From Candidatus Thorarchaeota archaeon (GTDB lineage: Archaea > Asgardarchaeota > Thorarchaeia > Thorarchaeales > Thorarchaeaceae), in the NCBI GenBank assembly GCA_048882045.1, contig JBHLRZ010000012.1:10012-74011 (forward strand): a stretch of 64,000 nt of DNA. The letters run 5' to 3'. Shown here piece after piece: positions 40,037 through 49,330 of the stretch (positions are counted from its first letter, which is position 1; the number at the start of each line of letters is the position of its first letter). The notes under the pieces are model-generated. The model did not search any database. It was given only the letters and a program-made list of their open reading frames with translations, and was not told where the DNA came from. A program made the position numbers and the translations under genes.

Positions 40037-41026
40037 ATGACAACAGAAGATGCGAACGACACTGTGATCGAGGACACCTCTGCGACGATGTCAATCGATG
40101 AGGTCCACAAGATCACGAGTGATATTATTCGAGAATGCGGCCGCATTATCGTTGGAAAGGACGAGGCTCTCAGAGACGTACTGATTGCCTTTCTCTCAAA
40201 CGGCCATGTGGTGCTCGAAGGCGTGCCGGGTCTCGCCAAGACCTACATGGCTCGGACCTTTGCATCAATCCTGGGCTGCGCATTCAAACGAATCCAGCTC
40301 ACCGTTGATACTCTCCCAGCAGATCTGCTTGGGAGCAACGTATTCAATCAGCGAACAGGAGAGTTCTGGTTCCGAAAGGGTCCAGTGTTCTCAAACCTAG
40401 TCCTGGCTGATGAAATCAATAGATGTCCTCCAAAGTCACAGAGCGCTTTGCTTGAAGTGATGGAAGAACGTCAGGTTTCGATTGAGGGTGTTACAAGAAA
40501 ACTCCCACGACCATTCTTGATCATCGCCACCCAGAATCCAGTAGAACAGGAGGGTACCTATCCTCTTCCTGAGGCACAGCTGGACAGGTTCATGTTCAGA
40601 CTGATTCTCGATTATCCCACTGATATGGAAGAGGCAGAAATTGTCCGCCGAAAACACCTGGGTGAAGCTTCTGACCTGAATGTCTTGGCTGATCCATCTG
40701 CGATGGTTCGAATGCAGAACACATGCAGGACAGTATTCATTGAAGAGGATGTCATCAACTACATTCGCGACATTGTAGTCCGAACAAGAAATGACCCTCA
40801 GATCCTACTCGGTGGTTCTCCCAGAGCATCACTAGTGCTCATGAATGCTTCCAAGACACGAGCTGCAATGCATGGTCGTGACTACGTGGTTCCTGAGGAT
40901 GTTCGTCGCCTATCAGTTCAGACATTGAATCACCGGCTTGTCCTTAAACCAGAGGCTGAGCTTGAAGGACTGACCGTCGAACGTGTCGTATCCAAGATTC
41001 TCGGTGAAGTAGACTGTCCCAAGTAG
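40037..41026 (+). CDS. moxR: MoxR-family AAA+ ATPase
   Basis: LEGVPGLAKT, F.RIQ.T.D.LPAD, LADEINR.PPK.QSALLE, ATQNPVEQEGTYPLPEAQLDRF, SPRAS. Confidence 0.96.
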   Translation: MTTEDANDTVIEDTSATMSIDEVHKITSDIIRECGRIIVGKDEALRDVLIAFLSNGHVVLEGVPGLAKTYMARTFASILGCAFKRIQLTVDTLPADLLGSNVFNQRTGEFWFRKGPVFSNLVLADEINRCPPKSQSALLEVMEERQVSIEGVTRKLPRPFLIIATQNPVEQEGTYPLPEAQLDRFMFRLILDYPTDMEEAEIVRRKHLGEASDLNVLADPSAMVRMQNTCRTVFIEEDVINYIRDIVVRTRNDPQILLGGSPRASLVLMNASKTRAAMHGRDYVVPEDVRRLSVQTLNHRLVLKPEAELEGLTVERVVSKILGEVDCPK

Positions 41027-41051
41027 TCCGGCTAGATGGAGAAGATATAAA

Positions 41052-42374
41052 GTGATAACACAGAGAGGCTTCATGGTAGTCTTCTCAGGAGTCCTACTAT
41101 TGACTAGTGGGTTCTCTTTCGTGAATTTCTACCTCGTCCTCCTAGGAGTCTATCTCGTGATTGGTTTAGTCGTCACGTTGCCTCTCTTTGCACTGACAGC
41201 CAATCTAGCTGGCATTGAAGTAGACCGTCAGATCGACAAGATCAAGGTGTTCTCAGGTGACTTCATCCGTGTACGAGTCACAATCAAGAATGCATCCAGA
41301 CGACACTTTGACTTCATTGAGGTTCATGACCAGTATCCAGAAACCTGGATTCTAGCCATTGGAGAGAACTTCATGGCTTCTCGGATTGAACCTGGAAGTA
41401 GCATGACCTTCTCCTATATTCTCCAAGCAAGGATGCGTGGAAGATATTACTTGGGTCCAACTGAGGTTATCATGCGGGACCGCCTTGGCCTTCACTATTA
41501 CAAACGAATACTCAAAGAACAGACGGAGGTTTTAGTGTATCCTACTTGGAAAGATGTCCGACGAATGGAGGCTCTCGGTAAACAGAGACAGCTCGGTCTT
41601 ATGTTCGGTGCTCATCGTACAAAGACAGTCGGAATGGGTACTGACTTTGCAGGTTTCAGAGAGTACGTTCCTGGAGATGAGTTTCGACTCATCGATTGGA
41701 AGGTCAGTGCGAAACGCGGTGATATGGTCATCAAACAGTGGGAGCAGGAGAAAAATGTCCAAGTAATCTGCATGGTGGACAGCAGCGGAAGCATGGGCAA
41801 TGGATATCCTGAGAACACAAAGCTGGAATATGCCATCAGAGCTGCTGTACTCCTCACCCATATGGGTCTTGAGCGAAAGGATCTAGTGGGGACTTGTGTA
41901 TTCAGCGACCTTGTTCATGGTTATATCCCCCCAGGTGCTCGACCCACTCACTTGTATGATGTTCTAGAGATTCTTGCTATGGCAGAACCGAGAGGCTGGA
42001 GTGACTATGAAACCGCAATCTCTCATGTTGTTTCTCAGAGTAAGAAACGCTCTTTGATTATCTGGATGACTGATCTTGAAGAGAGTCCAGCTCCACTGAT
42101 CAACGCCATGAAGACACTCGTGGCAAACGGTCACAAGGCTATGGTGATTAGTCCTTTTGGTCCTTGGTTCGAAGCTCCTGTGGGTCAATTCGGACCGGTG
42201 GAGAAAGTACTCTCAGAAGCTGTATCTGAGGAGCTCTGGGAGCGAAGAACAAAGATTGCTAGAGCATTGGCTCGTTTTGGCATTCAGGTGATTAACGTAG
42301 GACCTGAGGACTTCTTGCCTACAATCATCAGGACATACGAGAAGGCCAAACAGACGGGGGTGGCAACATTTTGA
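41052..42374 (+). CDS. DUF58 / VWA-domain MoxR partner
   Basis: RGRY..GP, VLVYP, G.DF..FREY.PGD..R.IDWK.SA, MIDAS VDSSGSM. Confidence 0.92.
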   Translation: MITQRGFMVVFSGVLLLTSGFSFVNFYLVLLGVYLVIGLVVTLPLFALTANLAGIEVDRQIDKIKVFSGDFIRVRVTIKNASRRHFDFIEVHDQYPETWILAIGENFMASRIEPGSSMTFSYILQARMRGRYYLGPTEVIMRDRLGLHYYKRILKEQTEVLVYPTWKDVRRMEALGKQRQLGLMFGAHRTKTVGMGTDFAGFREYVPGDEFRLIDWKVSAKRGDMVIKQWEQEKNVQVICMVDSSGSMGNGYPENTKLEYAIRAAVLLTHMGLERKDLVGTCVFSDLVHGYIPPGARPTHLYDVLEILAMAEPRGWSDYETAISHVVSQSKKRSLIIWMTDLEESPAPLINAMKTLVANGHKAMVISPFGPWFEAPVGQFGPVEKVLSEAVSEELWERRTKIARALARFGIQVINVGPEDFLPTIIRTYEKAKQTGVATF

Positions 42375-43759
42375 AGGCTGTCACTTGGATTCTTCGGATT
42401 GCATCCATTGCTACCTTCGCAGTAATGGCATACCTCGTATATGCAATACTGGATGTTAATGACTTCTGGCACTGGGACGCTCCCTATGCATTCATAGTCA
42501 CAGTATTTCGTCTCTTGTCTCTCATCATATTTTTCTTGACAACAACGATGATTGCTGGTCTCATCAGTGCTTTTGCTGGAGGAGCAATGCCAAATGATCT
42601 AGTGGTAGGTCTGTACAATACAATCGTTCTGAGAACTTGGTATATGCAACCATATGGCGTGAGTGATCCTCTGACAAATGTTACTCAGGTATGGGCGTCA
42701 TTCCAGGCCAACCTTCTGAACTCCCTCTATGCACTCTGGGACAACACCTTTCTCTTCCTGTATTTTCTCTTCGCAGGAATAGGAATTGCCCTGTTCCTCC
42801 AGTCTCTAGTTCGTATGGAACACAAGTTTGTCGGTGGCGCGTTCCTCTCGATTCAAGCAATTGTTATCATTGCTGCATACCGAATGCTTATCGTTCCTGA
42901 TCTGAGTCCTTTTCCAGCTGACTTTGTTGTTTTCATATTTCGACCAGCTCAGTTGCTGGCGCTTGTTTCATTTGCTTATCTAGAAGTCAGTTATCAGATG
43001 ATCTATAGCTATTCAGTTGGAAAGCCTGTAGAAGACCGAGAAGAAACCCTGAAGAAACAACTACTTGCCCTTCGCCAAGCTACGAGGAAGCAAGATGCGA
43101 TTGAACGTGGTGAGAAAGTAAGCATCACAGGTATGAGTCGTACAACTGGTGCTACTGCATTCTCGTTCCTCAGAGAAGCTATTGAACGTAAGGTTGTTGG
43201 GACTCAAGATGCCCTCGAGAGTCTTGATGCAGTTTCTGATGTTCGCAGACTACAAATCTATGTTGATGAACTACTTCAATCTGACCCACGAGCACGAGAT
43301 GAACTGACAGCAAAGGCTGCAGCCCCCTCATCATCCTATGTTATTGCCTCTACGATAACAGGTTCAATAATCAGATTCCTTACTGTTATTGTACTTTCCT
43401 TTATTCTCATGAGTCCGAGTGTTGTATCAACCCTCCTCAACCTGCCCCTTGGAATCCAAGATAGTGTTGAACTGTTTCAACCTGAAATTGTTCTGCTGTT
43501 CTTGGTGCCTATAGTGTTACTCTTTCCATTCGCAGCAATGGTCATCAGTTGGTTTTCAAAGCGGGAAGTAATCGAGAAACCCAAGCTCTCTAAGGAAGAA
43601 AAAGAAGCCGAGAAGCAGAGAAAGAAGGATTTGGCTCGGAAGAGGCGTGAGGCTGATAGGGCTCGAAGAGAACGCGCGAGAGCAAGGAAGAAACGCAGGG
43701 GAGATGAAACTGAAGTTGATGAATGGGACAAAGCCCTTGCGGAGAGCTTCAAGCGTTAG
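42371..43759 (+). CDS. Multi-pass membrane protein of the MoxR locus with highly charged C-terminal tail
   Basis: About 7 hydrophobic segments; start overlaps the DUF58 stop; R/K/E-rich tail. Confidence 0.7.
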   Translation: MKAVTWILRIASIATFAVMAYLVYAILDVNDFWHWDAPYAFIVTVFRLLSLIIFFLTTTMIAGLISAFAGGAMPNDLVVGLYNTIVLRTWYMQPYGVSDPLTNVTQVWASFQANLLNSLYALWDNTFLFLYFLFAGIGIALFLQSLVRMEHKFVGGAFLSIQAIVIIAAYRMLIVPDLSPFPADFVVFIFRPAQLLALVSFAYLEVSYQMIYSYSVGKPVEDREETLKKQLLALRQATRKQDAIERGEKVSITGMSRTTGATAFSFLREAIERKVVGTQDALESLDAVSDVRRLQIYVDELLQSDPRARDELTAKAAAPSSSYVIASTITGSIIRFLTVIVLSFILMSPSVVSTLLNLPLGIQDSVELFQPEIVLLFLVPIVLLFPFAAMVISWFSKREVIEKPKLSKEEKEAEKQRKKDLARKRREADRARRERARARKKRRGDETEVDEWDKALAESFKR

Positions 43760-46608
43760 AGGAGCATAAGGGCACTCATCATTACCCAAATCACTGTAAC
43801 AACGGCTTCTCCAGCAACAATTCCACTCAGTATTCGACTGGTGACACTATATCCTGCATCATAGACCTCAATCTGTTGCTGTTGTAGGTCCGGAGTTTTT
43901 GGACTGAGCCCCTTTTGCTCTTTCATCTTGTAGTTGATGTAACCTCCAATCAGTATCGTGACCGAGGTGGCTGGAGGTATGAGTACTCCCACAACAAGAC
44001 TCATTGGACTGAGTCCACGTTTGCTAAGTTCGCGACCAGCGAGAAAACCACCGACTGCCCATGAAAAGAGATACAGAAACATAACAAGGAGATCTACTCC
44101 CTCCAGTCCTCCCAATCCCGGTAATCCAATACCTTCACCAATCCCCTCCAGACTTGTTACAAGAAATCCAAACAGTTGTGCTGCTGGTGCAGGAAAAGCT
44201 GTACTTCCAAACCCATATACACTAAACAGTTGAAAAGTAATCAATGATCCAAACGTTGTTCCGAGCATAGCACCAATAAACACTGCCTTGACAATGTCTC
44301 TCCCACGGACTCCAGTCAACCTACCCAGTTTGAGATGGACCAGTAATGCAATTGCAGAGTCTTGTACTGCACCCAGCATCCCAATGAAAGTAGTAATCGC
44401 TGAGAAGGTGACTTTGAAGAATAGAATTGCTGGAATTGCTACAATGTCAGAAATATACCCAGCAAGCATTCCGGTTTCACTGATTGCCCTAGCAGTGAAA
44501 TATGCTGAAACAAGAGCAAGTGGAGTGCCAAATATAAAGAGTAGCCAATGGATCTGTAGTGGTTCTGTTGCACTCTGCAAGAATGGTGTGAGGAACCAGA
44601 ACACGATTATTCCTATCACCATAAAGATACTCATCGAAAAGAAGGCTATCCATGGAGGAATCTGACCTCTTCGTGACCGTAGATATCCTCTCGGATTTTC
44701 AACAATCTCTCTGATCTCTTCCCTAAAGGTTTCAATTGAGAACAGCTCTTCTCTTACTCTGAGGACTCTGGGTAGTTCCTTGGTCTTGTGTGGAGTATCT
44801 ACTATTATCGCTCCTTCCTCTTCCTCTCTCTTTGAATGTTCCTCGAACTCTTCAGGAGAGAGATTCTTCTCCTTCCTGCCACTGAGGACATCTCCAAGTA
44901 TTATTGTGACAAAGAGGCCCAATGCAAAATACAATATCTCCGGTCTCTTGAGGTGTGTACTATATGCAATCGTTCCATTTGCGCCCTCGATGAATATCCA
45001 GATGAGAATCGAGATTATACTGCCTATGGCCATTATGACTGATCTTTTCCATCCTACAAAGAACCCAATGCCAGCAATCATAGGTGAATTGCTGATTCCA
45101 ATCCAATCAGGGATCGCGGCAGCCGCAGGAATGATTGGTCCCAAGGCATGTGGGACAGCGCTCAATGACGCCCCCGTAGTTCCTTCAACGATCTTTGAAG
45201 TGCCTACCCATGCCCCGGAAGCAGCTATACCCACTCCTACTGATTTCCTTGCCTCAGAGTCGCCTCCAATTGAGTTGATACACTCAGCTTGAGGTTGAAC
45301 CTGTGGCCAGGCTTCCTTCTCAAAACGATCACGAAACGGAGCCAATAGAATGAGTCCGAAGATTGCACTGATTCCTGTCGTGAAAATGATGAAGATCAAT
45401 GTGATTGTAGGATCATATGCACTGAGGGTCTTATTGAATAGGGGATTTTCAGTGTCGAAAATTGCTATTGCAGGGTATGTCATTAGTACTCCAATAGCGA
45501 CCATTGATGAGGAGTTGGCTATCGCCACCACAACAGCGTTCTCTTCTCGAGTATATACTCCATATATGCTCAGGAAAATCGCACCAAGCATCTCAGCTCC
45601 TACCAGAAAAACAACCCCTAGTTTCAAGGCTAGGTAGATGCCCATAAACGTCATCACAATGCCTACAATCAATCCGGTACCTAAAGCGCGTTTTGTAAGG
45701 GGAAACTTTGGTTCTGCCCTGACAATTCCATAGATGGCCAATCCTCCTATAGCCATGACCACGGCCTCAGTGAAGAATGCAAAATAGGAACTTAGGATTA
45801 GATACATAATCATCAGGAATGAAATAGCACCCAGCATTTTCTTATCAGGTGGTGGTCTAAACACTGATAGATAGAGCAGGGCTATCTCTAGGACTAATGC
45901 AAAGATCACATCTGGATGGGACCATCTCCCCTCTGCCATTAAGATTAATGTGTAAAATATCCCTGCGGAAAAGAGTCCTGCAAGGAATGACCTCTTCGGG
46001 TCAGGTCTCACCTTTGTCGTCATTACAATGTAGATAACAAGAGCTCCAATTGTAATGATCGTCATCTCTGAGAAAATTCCGAAAAACAGACTGAAAGGCA
46101 GATAGATTGCTGTGACAAAGACAGCTACTACCAGCTCTTTGAGCTCAAACGGCTTTCTGTACAATGTGAAATAGAGTAGTGTCGAAGTGGTCACAAGAGA
46201 GATTACGACGTCAGGATGGAACCATCTTCCCATGATCATTAGAATTATTGAGTATAACGCTCCAGCTGAGAATAATCCTGAAAGAAGAGATTTTGTTATG
46301 ACAGGTCTAAAAATTGTCGTTATTACCAGATAGAACAATGCAATTGCAATTGCGACAATAACCATCTCTGAAAAAATACCTATCAAGAAACTGAGTGGGA
46401 TATAGATTGCAGAGAAACAGAAAATCATCACACGACCTATAAAGTCTGGAGGAGGGCGGTAAAGCGAGAGATATAGGAATACAAAGGATGTCAGAAGAGC
46501 AATGATGACAGCTGGCTCAGCATAGCGTCCCATGACCATTGCAAACAGAACATAGAAGATAAATCCTGAAAAGATATAGCTTAGGAATCTTCTAGTTCGG
46601 TCCTTCAA
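43756..46608 (-). CDS. OPT/YSL-family oligopeptide transporter with triplicated N-terminal membrane module
   Basis: C-terminal ~650 aa OPT-like (REEN..V...A, FPAPAAQL, SGIVAGEAV); three ~100-aa N-terminal repeats. Confidence 0.7.
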   Translation of the reverse strand: MKDRTRRFLSYIFSGFIFYVLFAMVMGRYAEPAVIIALLTSFVFLYLSLYRPPPDFIGRVMIFCFSAIYIPLSFLIGIFSEMVIVAIAIALFYLVITTIFRPVITKSLLSGLFSAGALYSIILMIMGRWFHPDVVISLVTTSTLLYFTLYRKPFELKELVVAVFVTAIYLPFSLFFGIFSEMTIITIGALVIYIVMTTKVRPDPKRSFLAGLFSAGIFYTLILMAEGRWSHPDVIFALVLEIALLYLSVFRPPPDKKMLGAISFLMIMYLILSSYFAFFTEAVVMAIGGLAIYGIVRAEPKFPLTKRALGTGLIVGIVMTFMGIYLALKLGVVFLVGAEMLGAIFLSIYGVYTREENAVVVAIANSSSMVAIGVLMTYPAIAIFDTENPLFNKTLSAYDPTITLIFIIFTTGISAIFGLILLAPFRDRFEKEAWPQVQPQAECINSIGGDSEARKSVGVGIAASGAWVGTSKIVEGTTGASLSAVPHALGPIIPAAAAIPDWIGISNSPMIAGIGFFVGWKRSVIMAIGSIISILIWIFIEGANGTIAYSTHLKRPEILYFALGLFVTIILGDVLSGRKEKNLSPEEFEEHSKREEEEGAIIVDTPHKTKELPRVLRVREELFSIETFREEIREIVENPRGYLRSRRGQIPPWIAFFSMSIFMVIGIIVFWFLTPFLQSATEPLQIHWLLFIFGTPLALVSAYFTARAISETGMLAGYISDIVAIPAILFFKVTFSAITTFIGMLGAVQDSAIALLVHLKLGRLTGVRGRDIVKAVFIGAMLGTTFGSLITFQLFSVYGFGSTAFPAPAAQLFGFLVTSLEGIGEGIGLPGLGGLEGVDLLVMFLYLFSWAVGGFLAGRELSKRGLSPMSLVVGVLIPPATSVTILIGGYINYKMKEQKGLSPKTPDLQQQQIEVYDAGYSVTSRILSGIVAGEAVVTVIWVMMSALMLL

Positions 46609-46681
46609 TGCTGTTTTCTCCGGGTCGATCGAGGTCTATGGTCCTTCCTACATCTGGCCATCAAATCCTGTATATAACTGC

Positions 46682-46981
46682 CTATGTCATATCTGACAGA
46701 TTTTTTCTGACACTCTCAAGGCTCATTCCCTGAATAAGAAGAGTCTTCTCTCTTGACTTGTGTCCTGCAACAAGGGTGATATTACTTGTAGAGGTCGATA
46801 GTACTTTAGCCATTTTCTTAATCAGTTCTGAATTTGCCTTCCCTTCTCTTGCGGGACTATTCAGATTTAGCACTATGACCTCTGACGATATCTCGGCAAC
46901 AAGATTCTTCTCTCTTGACCTAGGACGTACGACCACTTTGAGAAGAATTCCTCTCTCAGTTTCCCAAATTGCAGAACTCAT
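46682..46981 (-). CDS. DUF167 (UPF0235/YggU) protein
   Basis: VVVRP.S, PAREGKANSELIK, GHKSREK.L. Confidence 0.92.
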   Translation of the reverse strand: MSSAIWETERGILLKVVVRPRSREKNLVAEISSEVIVLNLNSPAREGKANSELIKKMAKVLSTSTSNITLVAGHKSREKTLLIQGMSLESVRKNLSDMT

Positions 46982-47097
46982 GATGATTTGTCAGCACTTG
47001 TCTATATGAGTTCTGTCACGGTACTCGTCAAAGATTTGTTTATTTGTGGAATATACAGGAGGTTCTTGTTGACCGTAGAAGTACGGGGTGAATTCAC

Positions 47098-47484
47098 ATG
47101 AGCGATCCTGTAATGGATGCATATACGCAAGCATACAATAGTTCAGGCAATATGGTTCAAGCTTTTGGCGTGATAACTGAAAGCGGACAAGTCCTATGGC
47201 AGAGTAACAACTGGGACCTTACAGCTGAGGCGTCCAGTCTAATTTCTGCTGTTAAATCGAGAAGCTCTTCAGTCGTGCAGAACTCAGTCAAATATAGCAC
47301 AATGAGGTCTACTCCTGAGAGTCTAGTGGCTCGCAATGTCCAGGGGAATGGAATCCTCATCCTGACAAAGATTGACGCTGCAGGTGACCGATGGGTTGTA
47401 GCATGGGCTGATGCAAGTGCACAGCCAGATGGTGTCTACGTAGACGTTGACCGTGCTGCAAAGACCCTTCGTGGTAAGATTTAA
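47098..47484 (+). CDS. Asgard profilin
   Basis: AFGVI..SGQVLWQSNNWDL, VKY....T.E..VARNV.G.G.L..., AAK.L; size and motifs match Asgard profilins as recalled (QTENW..., GIKY, GKGH). Confidence 0.85.
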   Translation: MSDPVMDAYTQAYNSSGNMVQAFGVITESGQVLWQSNNWDLTAEASSLISAVKSRSSSVVQNSVKYSTMRSTPESLVARNVQGNGILILTKIDAAGDRWVVAWADASAQPDGVYVDVDRAAKTLRGKI

Positions 47485-47490
47485 TCGAGA

Positions 47491-47548
47491 AATCAGGGGG
47501 ACTTTCTGAGACGAATCCCCCTAGATTACTCCTCTCAGAATCTGGAGG
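47491..47548 (+). promoter_or_regulatory. Structured intercistronic RNA element (pseudoknot/alternative stems) before the RBS of profilin 2
   Basis: AATCAGGGGGA/TCCCCCTAGATT stem plus TTCTGAGA/TCTCAGAA interleaved stem, followed by GGAGG. Confidence 0.5.
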
Positions 47549-47555
47549 CCTTCTT

Positions 47556-47930
47556 TTGAGCTCGACAATAGGAAACGAATGGACACAACTCTACTCGAAC
47601 AATCCTAAGGTCCAAGCGTTCGCAGTCGCCAAGGATGAGGCCATCATTTGGCAGACCGATAATTGGGACTTGGTAGAGGATGTAGAAGGGATCATTAAAG
47701 CAATCTCTGGTGACAAAGGTAGCGTTTCTGTTGGAGGAGTCAAATACAAACGAGTCTCATCATCAGATGACTCCTATCTTGCCACAGCTGACAACGACCA
47801 AGGACATCTTCTCATTGTCAAGATCGACGAGAATGCTTGGGCTGTTGCTTTTGCAGTCCCTATTGCAATACCTGAGCTTTCAATCATAGACGTGAAAAAG
47901 ACTGCAACACAGCTAAAAGGTCACGTCTGA
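47556..47930 (+). CDS. Second profilin-like paralog
   Basis: VQAFAV...IIWQTDNWDL, VGGVKY, QGHLLIVKID, WAVAFA; aligns end to end with the upstream profilin. Confidence 0.8.
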   Translation: MSSTIGNEWTQLYSNNPKVQAFAVAKDEAIIWQTDNWDLVEDVEGIIKAISGDKGSVSVGGVKYKRVSSSDDSYLATADNDQGHLLIVKIDENAWAVAFAVPIAIPELSIIDVKKTATQLKGHV

Positions 47931-47932
47931 TC

Positions 47933-48685
47933 TCATTTTCCTGGAAATAGTATTTCCCTGATTCTGTATATGATATCCATATACTCCTTAGATCCTAAGG
48001 AGTAATAATCTAGCAGCATCTCATACATACTCAGAATCTCTTTGTTTGCCACATCTAGGCTGACCATCTCTGCAATCTTGGTCCTCCACTCGTGTTGCAT
48101 TTTTGCTCTTTTGACACTTAGCTCCAAGAGCTCTGTGCGCTGTTCTTCAGAGAGATTAAGGTTGAATGCGTCTAGCATCTTTAACGTGTAATCTTCAAGC
48201 TTCTCCCTGATGCGTTTCTCCTCAGTACCCCACGCACCTGTGGTCAACATAAATCCCTTCGCAGTTCTACGATAGTAATCGGTTGTTCTCTTTCCGGTTT
48301 TGACAGTACCATACTTGACAACATATCCTGCCTTTTCTAAAATTGGTAGATGGTGGTAAACCTGATTCTTCGTGATCTTTTCACCGTCATAGCAACACTC
48401 AGGTGACTGTTTCACTATCTCGACCACAGACAAGACATTTCGTTTGACTTTTCTCCTTGTTCTGATGGTTGTATCTCCCTCAACGGTTTCTGTGGTGATG
48501 GTGTCTTCGATTCCTTTTCGTAAGACTTGCAAGATGTTGTATCGCACAATCTCATCCAAGACTTCTGCCTTTTCGTCGTCTGTCACAAAAATGATCTCTT
48601 TCTGAGGTTCCTTGCCCTCTTTCGTATACTTTATTCCTTTGAGGCTGTCCGTTTCTTCCGTCGTAAAGTCTGTGTCATCGCCCAT
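47933..48685 (-). CDS. ArsR-like winged-helix transcription regulator
   Basis: R.NILQVLR, LSVVEI, VYHHL..LE.AG.V, YYRRTAK; ATG 48685 preceded by GGTGA. Confidence 0.8.
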   Translation of the reverse strand: MGDDTDFTTEETDSLKGIKYTKEGKEPQKEIIFVTDDEKAEVLDEIVRYNILQVLRKGIEDTITTETVEGDTTIRTRRKVKRNVLSVVEIVKQSPECCYDGEKITKNQVYHHLPILEKAGYVVKYGTVKTGKRTTDYYRRTAKGFMLTTGAWGTEEKRIREKLEDYTLKMLDAFNLNLSEEQRTELLELSVKRAKMQHEWRTKIAEMVSLDVANKEILSMYEMLLDYYSLGSKEYMDIIYRIREILFPGK

Positions 48686-48723
48686 ATTATTCTTCACCAA
48701 TGCATTTCTGATCCGTCGATTCT

Positions 48724-48771
48724 TCAAGCGACTCGGATAGCCCTGGAATCGTTGGTCCTCATTTTTCTCAT
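48724..48771 (-). CDS. Putative leader uORF MRKMRTNDSRAIRVA
   Basis: 15-codon ORF in the regulator's leader; its ATG ends the hairpin TGGGTTTT/AAAACCCA. Confidence 0.25.
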   Translation of the reverse strand: MRKMRTNDSRAIRVA

Positions 48772-48906
48772 GGGTTTTGGATTTTAAAACCCACTAGGAG
48801 CGCTTTAAACTGCTCCTTGCTTGTTCTATAATCGTATATGGCTAAATATAAGTTTGTTGTTCAGACTATTTGTGTGCTATGTACGTGATTTTATAACCAA
48901 ATACTG

Positions 48907-48979
48907 AATTTTAGTGTTTAACAACAACGTAAAAAACCTAAATGGTTGGTGGCACAAACCTTATATACAATTTTAGTGT
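48907..48979 (+). promoter_or_regulatory. Promoter of the small-peptide operon: TATA TTATATA (48961) with direct repeats AATTTTAGTGT at 48907 and 48969
   Basis: Exact 11-bp repeats, one directly downstream of the TATA box. Confidence 0.55.
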
Positions 48980-48999
48980 GACAGAACCTGTGAAACATC

Positions 49000-49107
49000 A
49001 TGGCTTTCGTGAGACTAACGAACAACGAACGTGAGAAGTTGAATAACAAGATGGCGAAGGTCCAAACAGCCTACGCCCTCGCATACTCTTACCAGTACAG
49101 GAGGTAA
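49000..49107 (+). CDS. Small peptide 1 (35 aa) MAFVRLTNNEREKLNNKMAKVQTAYALAYSYQYRR
   Basis: ATG ~39 nt after TATA; its 3' end carries AGGAGGT, the RBS for peptide 2. Confidence 0.6.
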   Translation: MAFVRLTNNEREKLNNKMAKVQTAYALAYSYQYRR

Positions 49108-49114
49108 ACAAGAA

Positions 49115-49207
49115 ATGGCACTAGCTAAGACAGTCCCAAGGAAGAAGTACGTTGACAAGAAACAGATTTCTACTGAGGCTATCACTCATTCCTACAAGTA
49201 CAGGTAG
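49115..49207 (+). CDS. Small peptide 2 (30 aa) MALAKTVPRKKYVDKKQISTEAITHSYKYR
   Basis: Strong RBS AGGAGGT; shares C-terminal SYxYR with peptide 1. Confidence 0.65.
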   Translation: MALAKTVPRKKYVDKKQISTEAITHSYKYR

Positions 49208-49213
49208 ATTGCA

Positions 49214-49330
49214 ATGACTCCGATCAACGAACAAATTGCATTCCTCCCTGAAAAGGAGAGCCGTTCAGTAGACGCGGACAAGCGTCCAGTACTTACTACT
49301 GAAGAAGTGCTCTTGTTGGAAGCAACCTGA
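49214..49330 (+). CDS. Small peptide 3 (38 aa) MTPINEQIAFLPEKESRSVDADKRPVLTTEEVLLLEAT
   Basis: 6 nt after the peptide 2 stop, AGGT upstream, followed by a T-tract (CTCTTTTT). Confidence 0.5.
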   Translation: MTPINEQIAFLPEKESRSVDADKRPVLTTEEVLLLEAT

